A stretch of 63,706 bases of DNA, filler included, from Neolecta irregularis DAH-3 (GCA_001929475.1; 10 parts of 10 records of this genome joined end to end with filler, not necessarily neighbours in it), one strand, 5' to 3'. Numbered from the whole stretch's first letter, positions 49,264 through 62,039 are shown. A program made the numbers and translations. Notes: generated from the letters alone by a model not told the origin.

Positions 49264-49423
49264 GGCTGCGTTTGGCAGGCACCAGATTCCATGAAATTGG
49301 GTGCGTTCGCCAGCCACCATTTTGACAATTGCACTATTGTGCGGTGTACCAAATGCGCGCGTTAAAATTTACCTTTGACGAATTGGCTAATTTCATGAAA
49401 TTTGGTACCTGCCAAACGCGGCC
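49264..49423. mobile_element. 160-bp MITE with about 35-bp terminal inverted repeats (PIF/Harbinger-Tourist-like); partial relatives at 17387-17473 and 38500-38560
   Basis: Left ggctgcgtttggcaggcaccagattccatgaaatt versus right reverse complement ggccgcgtttggcaggtaccaaatttcatgaaatt; the copy ending at 17470 is followed by TAA. Confidence 0.8.
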
Positions 49424-49644
49424 GAGGTACATTTTGGGGTCGCCATTGGAGTTTGTAATGACCTTTTCAAACCCTGTATCGGAAATAAGGGGCTGTACTT
49501 TTTGCTTTATCTAGAGTCAACTAGCTAACTTGTTCAGGTTTTGTGTAGGGTTACTTAAGACATGAATAAGTGAGTTTAAATAGTACTATATAATGACAAA
49601 TATTACTCTTCATCTTCCGGTTTTACTGCAAGCCCATCTTCATA

Positions 49645-50023
49645 ATGCTTATCGGATCTTTTTGTCACGCTGTCGCAACTTGTTTAACATTCGGCGTTGG
49701 TTTAACGTTCGCCCCTGCCGTCGAGCATCAATCGGATCGACTCGATCCAATAGATGCCATCAAGATTTTCGAACGCTCTGGGAATTTTCAGTTTCTTGAA
49801 CTAAAAAATGGCATAACGGCACGTCAAGGCCTCCGGACGGAATTACTCTCCGGAGAAACTAGGGTGTATACCAAGTGGGAGATGGTTAGGGGCCAACCAA
49901 GGGTTCGGGTGAACCTCAAGGTCTGCGTTGAACAGACGGCGATGAACCTTGGAAGAAAAATATCCGACTTCTTCGTCTTGAATTGTTCGAGACGTTTAGA
50001 ACCTTGTTATTGCGAATTGTATG
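49645..50023 (+). CDS. Hypothetical, probably secreted protein (3' end in gap)
   Basis: Hydrophobic N-terminus, open frame of 126 codons to the gap, several Cys. Confidence 0.45.
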
Positions 50024-50123
50024 NNNNNNNNNNNNNNNNNNNNNNNNNNNNNNNNNNNNNNNNNNNNTTAATTAATTAANNNNNNNNNNNNNNNNNNNNN
50101 NNNNNNNNNNNNNNNNNNNNNNN

Positions 50124-50296
50124 AAATTTCGGTACGAACCGACATCGGAAATTATGTTAAATAAAGCTTCTTGAGAATATCTGCCATAAGGATGAGTAAA
50201 CCCGGAAATTTAGTTAGATTGTACGCAAAGTCTCTGGATGCAGATATCCTTATGGGCTCATTCGATGCAGGGAGAGTGAAAAATTGGCGGTGTCTT
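50124..50296 (+). repeat. 173-bp duplicate of 59923-60095 (COQ10 5' part), probably an assembly or haplotype artefact
   Basis: Two mismatches only; bounded by N gaps on both sides. Confidence 0.85.
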
Positions 50297-51040
50297 NNNN
50301 NNNNNNTGGCAATACCATACCAAATAGATATAGAGGCTTGGAAGAGATTGTATATAAAGACGGCTGTTAGACTTACCTAGCCAAGTATGTTTACTTAGGC
50401 TAGGTATGTCCCTTTTGTAAAAGTACGTTTACTTAGGCTAGTTATATCACTTGGTCTTATCGTACTTCTAAGCATGTAGCTTACAACAGCCCATACCCAA
50501 TACTGCCCACACAGACCCTCAAAAAGCACATGGGCCAGACTTTTTTTAAAGCCCAAGGGCTTTGGTCCATCCCCAACACTGCATATTATGCCAATTCTGC
50601 CATCCTAACTCTTCCCAATAATCAAATGTGCTTATTGATGAGTTGACATTGGAACTGTGTGGTGATGATGTCATACTACAAAGTATTAGGTGAAAATCCT
50701 CAGTTTAGCATTTCTTTATGACAAACCTTTGTTTTAATGTAGATACAATCATTTATGCATATCAACATGGTTCATGCTTACATTTCATGTCATTGTCTAT
50801 ATCTAACTATAACTTGTCCTAATCCACTGACCTGACGCTACTCATGCTATTTTAGCGTACAAAAATCAACTGACTAGACGTTTGCCTGAACGATCCGCTA
50901 ATATTTACATGCAGACTTCGTCCACGCTCCCTAATTTAGTCGTTCTTCGCCGGCTCTAATCTTGGTGATCACACTTTAACCCCTCCCTTTGCCCGTACTC
51001 GTAACTTCGTTTATTCTTTTCGTTGAACAGAAAAATCTCC

Positions 51041-54000
51041 ATGGCTGGACTTGCGGATTTCTTCTTCGTGGTTGGACTCGGCGAAGAGAACATTGATTTT
51101 TCCCCCTTTTCTGAAAACCTAACTCTATCGAATTGTTCTTCAGGCAAAGAACTCAATAGAAACCCCACTATATCGGCTGAATCGAAATCCCAATCTGCTA
51201 CTGAACCCCCATCCGCATACCAAAAGTCCCGACAGATTTCCAGCATAAAAGACAATTTAAACCATGGCGATCAGAAGGATCTTGCGGTGCCAACTCCTCA
51301 ACTTATGGTTCTCAACCGCGAACATTTAAAACCTCATCTCAAATTTGGCGCACAAACAACCTTTGAGGATGCGCTCACAAGCTTTATGTCCAATCGCGAT
51401 AGTTTTTTGAGCGCTTTGGAACCCCCAGCTGCTTCAGGTCGACGGATTGAAGAAGTAGAGGGCAATGATCAGGTGTCTCCAATAAGATCCAAAAGCTCTA
51501 TTCGGAAGCGCTCGTATCTGGGTCGCGCAACCTCTCTGAACCGCAATAGTACGATCCGGGGTTCATCGGTCTCGAGAAGCAGTACAATCCGGAAACGAGG
51601 TACTCGTATCAATTGATTAGTGGACCTGAATATTCCCAGATTCGATTCGAGAATTAAAACGCATTTCAAGCTATAATGCTGTCACTCCAGCTCCAGAACC
51701 GTTGATACTTCCTCCCGGAACCCATCCTCTTAAAAGGAAATTCGCGCCTGCCCTCTTGAGTCGATGGCCATCTGGAGATCAAGAAGCCTTTTACAGCCCG
51801 CGCGAATCATTTCCAGATTACGTGCCCATGGTTAATTTATCCTTGATTAAGTTGACCATAGTTTGTTTTTCCCGATGATATTCAAATTAAGTTGGCTGAC
51901 TCGAGACCCCGTTCGACTTGGCACTCATTCGTATGAACTCGGCCTAAAACTTGTATTAAATTAAATGCAGACATTAACAGATGAAAAGGGCGACAGGATT
52001 CATGGCACTTGCGTCATAATATGGATACCGCTTGGAGTGTCTAAAGCCGAAGAGTTGGAATACAGGTGCTCCCAATGTAGACAAGATTTTCTGCCATTAA
52101 TACTGACGTCCAGGGCGTCAGGCACACATGGTATGATCGTCATACCTCTTGCTCTCATCCACTCCCAGTCTCACGAAGAAAGAGAGATGGCCGAGAGTTT
52201 TACGTCGAAGTTGGCGGCTGAACGCACTAATCTGTCGGCTCTGTTGACAAAATTGCCCTCTACTGAGGCGGAATCACAAGAACGCGAAGACCTCGAAGAT
52301 CTCATCTCTCAGTGCGAGGAAAGAATCAACTTATTTAGTGAACTACTTGGTCCAATCAGGATTGGCGCCTGTGCAAAGGTTGAAGGGTTAACTGAAGGGA
52401 GTGAAGGCGTATGGATTCCTCGAGCTTATGGACTGCTTGGTCGCGAAGGAAGCCTGCAGACCCTCTGGCGTGAGTATCTTCGAGCATTATGTGCGCCTAT
52501 GCTCCATGGAGAGATCTCGAGAATCCCTTTCTTACAGAGCATCGGTCAGTGTTTACCAATCGAACGCTTTGTGGTCAATATTCTGGGGGAAATATCATCT
52601 CCTACTCCTGGTACTCAAATTGAAATAATTGTCAGAGACCTGAAGTAACTTTCGACCGTAAGAATAATTACTAAACCAAGATTGTACGCCACAAAAAACA
52701 GTATCAACGAATATCCGGATTGGCGAGATGTATATTGTTTCCGTCTATGTGAATCTTACTGGTACAGGTTGATATTTATCCAATTTTTCGAGCTCTTTCG
52801 ATCAAAAGCATTGTAACACTATTTGAGGTACATCATAGGCATCAATCCTTCCCTCATTGTCCTAGAGTGCTTTAGCAGAGGCGCGAATCATTTTCCTATC
52901 AACTTTTCCCGCGATGTTACATGCAGCAGCCCGTACATTAGTGCACTTACTTTATCCACTGGTATAATATTACTCCTAAGCCCCTACTAATTTATAGATA
53001 TGGCGTGGTGTCTATATTCCGGGTAAGCGTTGCATATTCTTAATTCTTTGCTTACAATCATTGCAGTTCTTCCCTCACGTTTGCTTTCATGCCTGGAGGT
53101 AAGCATGTGAAATTCGTATATATTCTAAGTTCAAGGCGCCTTGTAGCTACATTATTGGCATTGACCGACGATATACTCGATTCGAACCTCCAGAAGAAGA
53201 CTTCGTTCTGTGTGACTTAGACTCTGATTCAGTCATCTGTTCGCAAGCACCCCCATCACTTCCGCCTTCTATTAAAGGTAAGTTGACTCATCTTCTAAAC
53301 CTTGGGGCGCCGCTGCACATTCAATGTGGAGTTCCAACAGGCCCTCCAGCATACATCCGAGAGACATATCCGACTGATACTTTTTGGGGTGACCGATCAG
53401 TGATATCGAAGCACCGAGAGGACAGCCTTGTAGGTAAACTTGTTGCAACGAATTCCTCGACTTACCATGACTTTTCGGGCTTATCTCATTGTCCGCCTAT
53501 ATTCAATGCTTATACTTGCGTTAAAGAAGAAGCCTCATTGAGTTCCCGTCCTGGGACATCGGCGCGCAATAATTCATCTCCTCTATATCGTCTAGCTCCC
53601 TTGACTTCAGTATCGAATGGAAATTTTAGCATTTCGAACTTTCCATCTGCTTCGCGGAATTTTAGTACGTCAAACCTTTGTGATACGCAAAGTCGCAACC
53701 GAAGCTTCTCAGTGAGTCATTCTAGATTTTGCTGTTCTTATCAGTCCAGTTAAACCGGAGAAATTCAAATATATCTCGACGGCATACACCTGTAAAATCT
53801 ATAGGCTCAGTGAGTGACAAGGCATCCACATTCCATTATGCGCCAACAATCTCCGGACAGTCGATCAGTTTTGCACCATCAACCATATTCAATTTCGACT
53901 CATTTGCTTCCGCACAACCAGTTGCTGAGGAAACAGAGATCACAAAGCTTCGCGAAGGCCATTGTCTCCGTATGAAACATGGAGATCTCGAATTTTTCTC

Positions 54001-54801
54001 CAGGACGTGTGACTACTGCGATGATATGTGTGAAGATGGAATGTTTGAGTGCCAAGGTCTCGCTCCCCTTTGTCCTAGATTGATAAACTAGATTGCTCAC
54101 TTCTTGTACATGGCCGTTGTCTCGAACACATTTATCTTCCCTGTACCGGTTCGTTTTCCCCGGATCATATTCGCGTGGCATTTCTTCGTACTTTTGCGAC
54201 TCTCTTTAGAAACTATCGCAGATGTCTTGACCCAGTACCACCCGCTTGCCCCAAATCCAAGGATGATCCGATCTATACCTTTCGCACCGAAGCGTTTCTG
54301 AGATCAAATTCTTCTTCAAAAGAGAACAATGATTATCTTTCCATGTTGATGCAAACTCAAGGTAGATGAGTAGATTCCAAAAGCTAATAATATAGCTTTC
54401 AGTGAATTCATTCACGATCGTTGTCGGAAGCCACCCGATGAATCCGAGATCCTCTTTTTTGACGAAGTTATTGCAGCTAAGAAGAATCGAGAAAAGCTCA
54501 GTCTCTTTGCAAAATCAGGTTTCTTTACCTTGGTTGAACTAAGCTAAATGTACAAGAAATAAAGTTTTTGTCCAATCTCAAATTAGGTCGGGTCTCCAAG
54601 ACTGTACGTGCAATACCGCCCAATCGCGAGAATTATGAGATATCGCCAAATCATATTGGAAGAATTCCACAGATTTTGACCCCACATTTTGCATTGCCTC
54701 CTCGAACATCAGCAACAAAGGCAACCGAAGGTTGTGCTAACCGGGTCAAGCGGAAGGCAGTCCTGAGTGTCTTCTCACCGACATTGACAACCCTAAAGTA
54801 G
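51041..54801 (+). CDS. DENN-domain protein (Rab GEF family) with C1-like Cys region, many exons
   Basis: LADFFFVVG, FPDYVPMFVFP, LTDEKGDRIHGTC, WIPRAYG, VLPSRLLSCLEAPCSYIIG, CDYCDDMC...CQ, AFLRTFATLFRNYR, QAFSEFI. Confidence 0.9.
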
Positions 54802-54945
54802 TTTCTTATCTCTTTCATCATTTGCATTATTTTATTAGACAGGAAGGATTATTCGGCGCATGTGCTGCAGGAAGAAATATAAGATATCTTATCTAGAATG
54901 TACATAACTAGAACGCTGGCATCATTACGCCCCTAATCACAAGAA

Positions 54946-55884
54946 TCAAATATTAAATTTTTGAGGAAACTTGAGCTCCATCCATTGAATGTACCGCTTA
55001 TGTAGAGAAACCTCCTTGTCCGTTTTGTTTTTCAGACACTCTATTAGTGATAGTATTTGGCCTGTATCACAATTTTTACAGGCGGAAACTGCTTGAACAA
55101 AAACCCAGAAGCTTTCATGGGTCGAGGCTACTCTGATTGTACTCTCTACGATGGATCCGATATGGTGGAAAGCATCACGCCATGCCCATATATTGACGTG
55201 TACCAAATGGCAGATCAACCATGATAAAAATGTCCACGCCGATACATCGCTGACGTGACTTGCGGCATACTTTTCATTTTTGCCAACAAGTTCTTCCCAC
55301 ATAGTTGAGTTTCCGTCGCTAATGATATTTGATATGATAATTCTTGCGTGAGACCAGGCGTAATAGTTCTTTGGATGTTGCTCAGCAGCTGCGAATACGA
55401 TAGAGAATTCTGAGGATAAGCCTGGCCTGTGATTTGCAACTTTGAACAACCATCTTCTATAGTGCCATAGAGCAGAGGACTTTGTATGCCGATACAATGG
55501 AGATGACAGTAAAAGCTTGGACAAATCCATCTCAAACTGCAGATTTGCAGAATTCTGTAAAGCCCATTGACGACTGCACGATGAGTTTCTGGATAGTTCT
55601 TGTAGGGCCTTCTACCGAGCATTCAGGGCAGTAGTATGCTCACAATTGTAGAGAAGAATAACGAGAGCCATTTCCGCTGCAGCCTCCTTGCAACGGTTAT
55701 CGAAGAAGCGAGCGCGAGAATAGATGTATGCAGACACAAGATCTCTGTTGGCGATAGCAACATGACCGTCTGAGAGCAAAACAGTCACGTTTGGGTCGAT
55801 GCGTGCCTGTAAAACTTCGAAAGACCCATCTGGACATGAAGAAGCTGTGCAGATGGATGCGATCAATGACGAGCATATTTCCAT
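54946..55884 (-). CDS. Protein prenyltransferase alpha-subunit repeat protein (PTAR1/Ecm9-like)
   Basis: PPTA repeats EHTTALNAR, TKSSALWHYRRW, HPKNYYAWSHAR, HVSDVSAWTF. Confidence 0.85.
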
Positions 55885-55982
55885 CGTCTGATGATATGTG
55901 AGACGTTGGTGCTATATAACCACTGCAGGTGGTGATGCAGGCCAGGTGTAACAACTGCACTTTTACGTTGCAACTTTGGCCG

Positions 55983-56670
55983 ATGCAACCTGTCTTGGCA
56001 GCCCTCGTGCTTTCGCTTTTTTTCCGGCTTTTATCTATTATTGGCTCTATCAAAATTGCTTCGCTGGTTTATCTCTGGAGCCTGTCTGCGTATTTATGGT
56101 GTTAGCTCTGGACTCTATATTCTTCATTCACCCACTCTGGGAAAGTCACAGCTTTCAGAGCATTGCAGCGCTGTGTCCTTCAGACTAAAAAGGATCTCGC
56201 AAACACGAGTGCACAAGACGAATTCGCAAGATGGGCAAAACTTCGAAGAAGATATGACAAAGAGGAGGCTCAACTAGAAGAGCTTGGTGCGAAGCCCTCT
56301 AGCTTGCACGTACTTACCCGAGGTTCCGAAATCAATTCCTCTCGTATAGCCTTTGAGCTGAAGTGCAAAACTTCGATCTGGATGATTACCAAAGGGATTG
56401 CATTGCTTGCTGTCTGGTGGTATCGTTCAGCTTCGGTTTTCTGGCTTCCTGCCGGGTGGTTTCCTTTCTGGATTGAATGGTGGTTGTCATTCCCATTTGC
56501 ACCTAGAGGTATGGGCAGAGTGGGAAAAGTGTTCACAGGAAGGATCTGTCAGCTTTGGAATGTGGATCTTAATCCTGGATCGTGTCGTTAAACGGATAAC
56601 TTTGACTTTACAGACAATGGCAACGGCAATTATATTGTATAGAGAAACGACCCGAGCTCCAGTGAGATGA
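55983..56670 (+). CDS. GET1: GET complex insertase Get1/WRB
   Basis: N-terminal TM, TSAQDEFARWAKLRR.YDK, VFWLPAGWFP..IEW.LSFP.AP.GSVS. Confidence 0.93.
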
Positions 56671-56676
56671 CGCCCC

Positions 56677-57508
56677 CTACTTTGCTGCAACCTTTTTCAT
56701 TTTCCTTGCAGCTTTTGATTTCAATGGTATCATTTGCTGTTTATCAGCTTTTGTCTTTCCAAAATCGTAATCTATTCCTGCATCATTTAGGGCGGCCAGC
56801 TTTTTCTCCAGTCTGTTTGACGCCCGCCTAGAAACCTTGACCCACTGGTCTGCGGTTTTGGGAGCGTCGTGTGTATGACGTGAAATATTAGCCCATGGAA
56901 GAGGCTTGAATTTTTTCAATGAGCCTTTAAATAGGTCTGGGTGGACCTGGTCGGAGGGGATGAGTTTGCATTTGAGAATATGGCTTGAGAGGAGGTAATT
57001 ATTCATGGTTTCTGCTACGATGTTGGCAACGGCTTCTGATTCGAATTCTATAAAGGCGTAATGCTTGGACTTGCCGGTCTATGGTTAGTCGAGGGAAGAA
57101 GGACAGCGTTGATGCCTTTTTGTTTCTTGAGAGGCGCAGACGTCTGACGTCGCCAAACTGCGCAAAGTAGGACTTCATTTCGTCCTCGTAGAATCCGTGC
57201 GGGATGCGGCCGAGATAGACGATTCCGGACTGCAGCGCACTGGCACTCAACGCAGCAACCTTTGTCCGCAGTGTAGCTTCGTCTGCAGGCGCAAGAGCAA
57301 ATTGTCGATGGTCATTGGCACTTTTGCTGTTGTTGTTGCTGCTGTCGTTGTCGCTGTTGCTTCTGTCGTTATCGCTGGAATCAAAGCCTGTGAGAAATGC
57401 GGACGCTGTTTTCTGCTCGTCGCTGCTGCTGCTGCTGCCGCGAGTCTTCTTCTTATGTAGCGGCTGTGTCTGGTCTGCGGCTGTGCTTTTGCGCTTTGGT
57501 GCTGCCAT
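56677..57508 (-). CDS. NOP15: Nucleolar RRM protein Nop15/NIFK
   Basis: [41 protein letters not shown]. Confidence 0.95.
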
Positions 57509-57598
57509 GGGCACGGCGAACACCAACACCGAAAACTTTTCGGTGGAGCGCACGTGACCGCCAGGCTATCGCGCCTCTCCTCCGCGCAAGGCGCAGCA

Positions 57599-59468
57599 AT
57601 GCCCCGGCCCGGCGACCAGCACTGCCCGCCAAATCGCATTGCCGGCGACCAGCAAGGCCCGCCAAATCGCATTTCCGGTAACCAGCAATGCCCGTATACA
57701 AATCCCTTTCACGCATCGCCAGACCCCATCCACGCGTGGACCGCCCAGGAAATCGCGACGCTCCAGGCACGACTCGATAAGCAGCTCGGCCCAGAGTATG
57801 TGTCCTCCAGAGCAGGAGCCGGCGGCGCAAAGGTCCAGTATCTCGAGGCGTGGAAGTGCATAAACATTGCAAACGACGTTTTTGGCTTCAATGGCTGGTC
57901 GTCGAGCATCCAGAACGTCCACGTCGACTTTGTGGGTCGCTGTGCAAGCCTGCGTTGACATCCAGATGGACGAAGCTGCGGGCCGCTTCAGCCTGGGTCT
58001 TTCCGTCGTCGTCCGCGTCACCCTGAAAGACGGCACATACCACGAGGCATCCTCTTCTTCACAGTCGTTACTCATCTCAGGATGTCGGGTACGGCTCCAT
58101 CGAAAATTGCAAAGGGAAGGCTGCCGCTTTCGAAAAGGCAACTCTCCCCCCTTGCATCTGCTGATTTCTAGGCCAAGAAAGAAGGAACGACCGATGCCCT
58201 CAAACGCGCATTGCGCACCTTTGGAAATGTCCTCGGCAACTGTCTTTATGACAAAGCATTCTGCAAAGAGATCTCAAAGGTCAAACCCGCAAATGTGCAT
58301 TGGTCTTCTAATGAGCACCATCTTGACACAGTAGCCGAGGTTTGATGCTCATGATCTCTATCAACGGCCCGAATACCCCTGCATTCCCGCTCTGCCCACA
58401 TCTTTGCTCCTGCCCGATATGTCATCAAATGAGGACGTGGATCAGCACAAATCGGTGACCGAGTCTATACCAGTTCAACCATCTATCCAAGTTGAAAGGA
58501 AACCCTCAATTTCTGCGCAATCCGCAGACACCACATTTGAGCAGTTCGGAGGTATATCCACTCTCAGTGCAACCCTCTCAGCATTTAGATGACGATTTCG
58601 ATAATATGGATTTCTTCGAGGACAAACCTGTACTCCCGGAAAGTCCACGCCTCGGAGAGTTTGAGACTGACAAGTGAGCCTCTGGTCTACATCAGTTATT
58701 AGACTAACGTTAATCCAGTCGACCAACACCAGAACCACAACTTCCCCCCACTTATTCTCACGAACACAGGACCCCAATCCAACAATGCCATATGCAACCC
58801 AGGCCGGTTCGTCCACCCAACAAAGCTCAGCAAAAACCACCAATACAGCAGATACAGATGCGGATACCCTTGAAACCACCCAATGGATCTGTTGCTGTTA
58901 CGACTGCTGATTCCGGTTCCAGTTTTTATCGCGTGTATAATAACCATTCTGGTAGTGCAAATCATTCTCAAAATGGCTCTACCTCCAGCGCAAGTGCGAC
59001 TGCACACAACAAAACCCTTGCTCAAAAGTCAACCCCAAGCCCGGATTCGCTCCCCGAGCACGATCCCACTATGGCACAGGTTAGCAATCTTCCACCAGGG
59101 ACGTTTTTCAGTGCAAGAGCTGCCCTGACGGACACCGCCCAACCAATTTCAGCGTTCAATCCTACCTTTGACAGCCCTTCGATGCGGCGCACCTCTGGAG
59201 TTGACCCAAAAAAGTCAACACCTATTGTGCGCAAGAGTGGTATTGGAATGCCTCCTCCTCCACCTGGCGGTGCTCCAGCAACCCCAGGACTCCCTCGTTA
59301 TAGAAACACACTGGTTAACAATGGCAAGAGGAACTCTGCGGGACTGCTTGTAGATAATCGGTATAATCCCTTTATTCCCTGTACTTATCCAGCGGTCCAC
59401 TAGGGGAGATCTCGGCGCAGGCTATCAATCAACCCGAAATGAATGATGCAAAAAAGCTGCGTACTTGA
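57599..59468 (+). CDS. RAD52: DNA repair and recombination protein Rad52/Rad22
   Basis: [75 protein letters not shown]. Confidence 0.96.
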
Positions 59469-59536
59469 ATAGTTTATATATTATATATTGGGCGTTGGGG
59501 GATAATCTAATTATGCTTCTGTCATAGGAGAAAAAT

Positions 59537-60130
59537 CTATTCTCTATTTAAGAGTTCCTTAATTCTTTCCTCGAACGCCGTTATCAAAAGTTTTGCTGCT
59601 CCTGGGGCTACTGTTCTTGCAATAGTGGTGATCAAGTTATTCTTGAAGGAGAATTGAACATCAAAAGACACTTCGCTACTATTCTCCTTTGGCCGGATTT
59701 TCCAAATCGTTGAAAGGGAATCTAGTAAATGATGTTCCCCTATCTCTGTCTTCTTATCAGAAGACACTCGTTTATGGAGCTACTTTTACGAGTGTATTTC
59801 TCTTGCATGTGACACGGCTTTGGATAGTTTCGTCAAAATTTCCCCAGGCGATACGCATATTTGCCAACTCGGGTAAACCGTCTTTCATTCGAAGCACTTC
59901 CGAGTCTTTGCAGAATGGAAGGAAATTTCGGTACGAACCGACATCGGAAATTATGTTAAATAAAGCTTCTTGAGAATATCTGCCATAATGATGAGTAAAC
60001 CCGGAAATTTAGTTAGATTGTACGCAAAATCTCTGGATGCAGATATCCTTATGGGCTCATTCGATGCAGGGAGAGTGAAAAATTGGCGGTGTCTTACGAC
60101 ATATCGATTGGAACGAGGTCTTGCTAACAT
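59537..60130 (-). CDS. COQ10: Coenzyme Q-binding START-domain protein
   Basis: YSQEALFNIISDVGSYRNFLPFCKDS, LSTIWKI, VQFSFKN, AFEERI. Confidence 0.9.
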
Positions 60131-60186
60131 CTAGGAGTAGATTTTAGAACAGAATGCTATGCCTCCCCACAAACGCGCATTCTAAT

Positions 60187-60759
60187 ATGGTACCTTTTCA
60201 ACCCACACCGCTTTCTTCTGTCCCATTCATTCAAACCTATATCAAACACCATATCTTTCGACCGACACCACGTTTCAAAAAAGGTTTGGAAGCCGCAGAA
60301 ATCACCTTGCAAATTCCCCCTACTTTGTCCACATATCACAGGGAAATCACTCGCTTTCGTCCAGACACGAGAGATAGCAACTCAACTTGGTGTATTTGGA
60401 GTTGTTCGTCAGGTAATCGAGATAGTCAATACTGATGAAGGATATAAACTTGTCATTTCAGGTAAATATCCCTCTTTTCATCCCTTTCTTCTAATTTATT
60501 AGACTTTTTACGACAGTCAGTAGCATTTCTCATCCTCTCTCGCAAAATGGCTTGTCCAACTTTACGATTCACAAATCATGACCCTTCAATTCTGGAAAAA
60601 CTTCTCATCCCAAAGGTTCTTGCACTCCGCTAGAAATTCGATTTCCTTATGAATTTTCACCGTTGGTTAATATGATTACCTGTGTCCACCATGATGCATC
60701 CTCTACTTTTCGTTTCCTTCAAAAATTACCTAAATTTACACAGTCACTTTCGGTGGGGT
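60187..60759 (+). CDS. Hypothetical multi-exon gene, possible OB-fold (3' end uncertain or in gap)
   Basis: Spliced translation ..VRQVIEIVNTDEGYKLVISDFLRQSVAFLIL.. using GT-AG introns near 60284-60340 and 60462-60502. Confidence 0.35.
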
Positions 60760-60877
60760 NNNNNNNNNNNNNNNNNNNNNNNNNNNNNNNNNNNNNNNNN
60801 NNNTTAATTAATTAANNNNNNNNNNNNNNNNNNNNNNNNNNNNNNNNNNNNNNNNNNNNTACCAGGGTCATGAGCTT

Positions 60878-62039
60878 ATGCCAAAACGTCAACGTTCAGA
60901 ATCTCCCTTCTCTTGCAAGCGCGCCAAGTTTTCCTTCCTTATCTTGAACCTTTCCGATGAAATTATTCTCCATATCTTTTCTTATTTGTCTCACAAAGAC
61001 CTCTTAGCCTCTCAGCTCGTTTCCCGTAGATGGAACAGAATAGTCGATGATAATCAGGTATATGTTTATTGAGAACGTCTTTGAGTTGTAGCTATGGAGA
61101 AAGCTGTTTTTCAAAACTTTCAGATCAAGCAAAGTGTCTACGGATTGGAGAAATTTGTTTCGCATTACTCATAACTGGCAAACGGCATCGTTTCACAAAA
61201 CGAATATACCTTCAGTTTCCCCAATAGCCGGTATTAAAGGCGGAAAGATATACAGTGTCGATCAACAAGGTATCACGGTTTCTTCTATCTCTGGAATACC
61301 TGAAAAGTTTGTTAAACTAAACTATGGTTTGCCGAGCTGTATTTCGATTTCGTCGGCCATATATATTGGTTATAAGTCTGGATGGTGGATTTCTCTGTCT
61401 TCCGATCTATCGCTCCAGCAGTCCGAGAAGGAAATTGAACCGGTTGATCGAATAGTCCATGACTTTGGATGTACAATTATCGTCACTGTCTCTCTCCATC
61501 TTTCAATCTATCAGTCATCCAGGCTGACACATTCGTTTTCCTCTCTAGGCGTGGAAAACCCCTACGCTTTGTCTCTCCGAAAACTTCGAAATGAAATTGT
61601 TGCAAGTATACTATATACAACTGCGCTGCCAGTCGATTATCTTTTGGGGATTTATGAACTTAATATAACAACCGGGATTGCACGATATACGACATCTCGA
61701 ACATCAATCTCGATTCCAAATCAAATATCCTATTCACATCCATACGTCTTATCTTCTCATAAAGACAATACATTATGCCTGCATCTGCTTCATTCGTCAC
61801 CCCTCAGACTCTTTTTTGGAGATCCCCAGAAATGGTATGGCCATACCAGCGGTGTCACATCGGCCGTCGTAGACCGCGATCGCGCGATAAGTTGCGCGCG
61901 AGGTGGGGAAGTTAGGCTTTGGGAACAGGGCGGGAGCTGTGTCATTGTAGAGGGTGAAGAGGACGTGATATGTCTGGACGAGACAAGAGTCTTTTTGAAA
62001 GGCAAGGGACAGATTTGTATTTGGGATTTTGGGATTTAA
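60878..62039 (+). CDS. F-box / WD40-like protein
   Basis: LSDEIILHIFSYLS...VSRRW...DDNQ-LWR F-box; WYGHTSGVTS...VRLW WD repeat. Confidence 0.88.

Noticed and set aside
50124-50296. Second COQ10 copy
   Set aside because: 173 bp, two mismatches, gaps on both sides; most likely a misplaced haplotype fragment.
55589-55615. 27-nt intron in the PTAR1-like gene
   Set aside because: An acceptor 15 nt further on, with a CTCAT branch-like site, gives a 42-nt intron and a better peptide (NARRQW).
4818-60859. Repeated TTAATTAATTAA palindrome at regular N blocks
   Set aside because: Artificial six-frame-stop scaffold linker, not biology.
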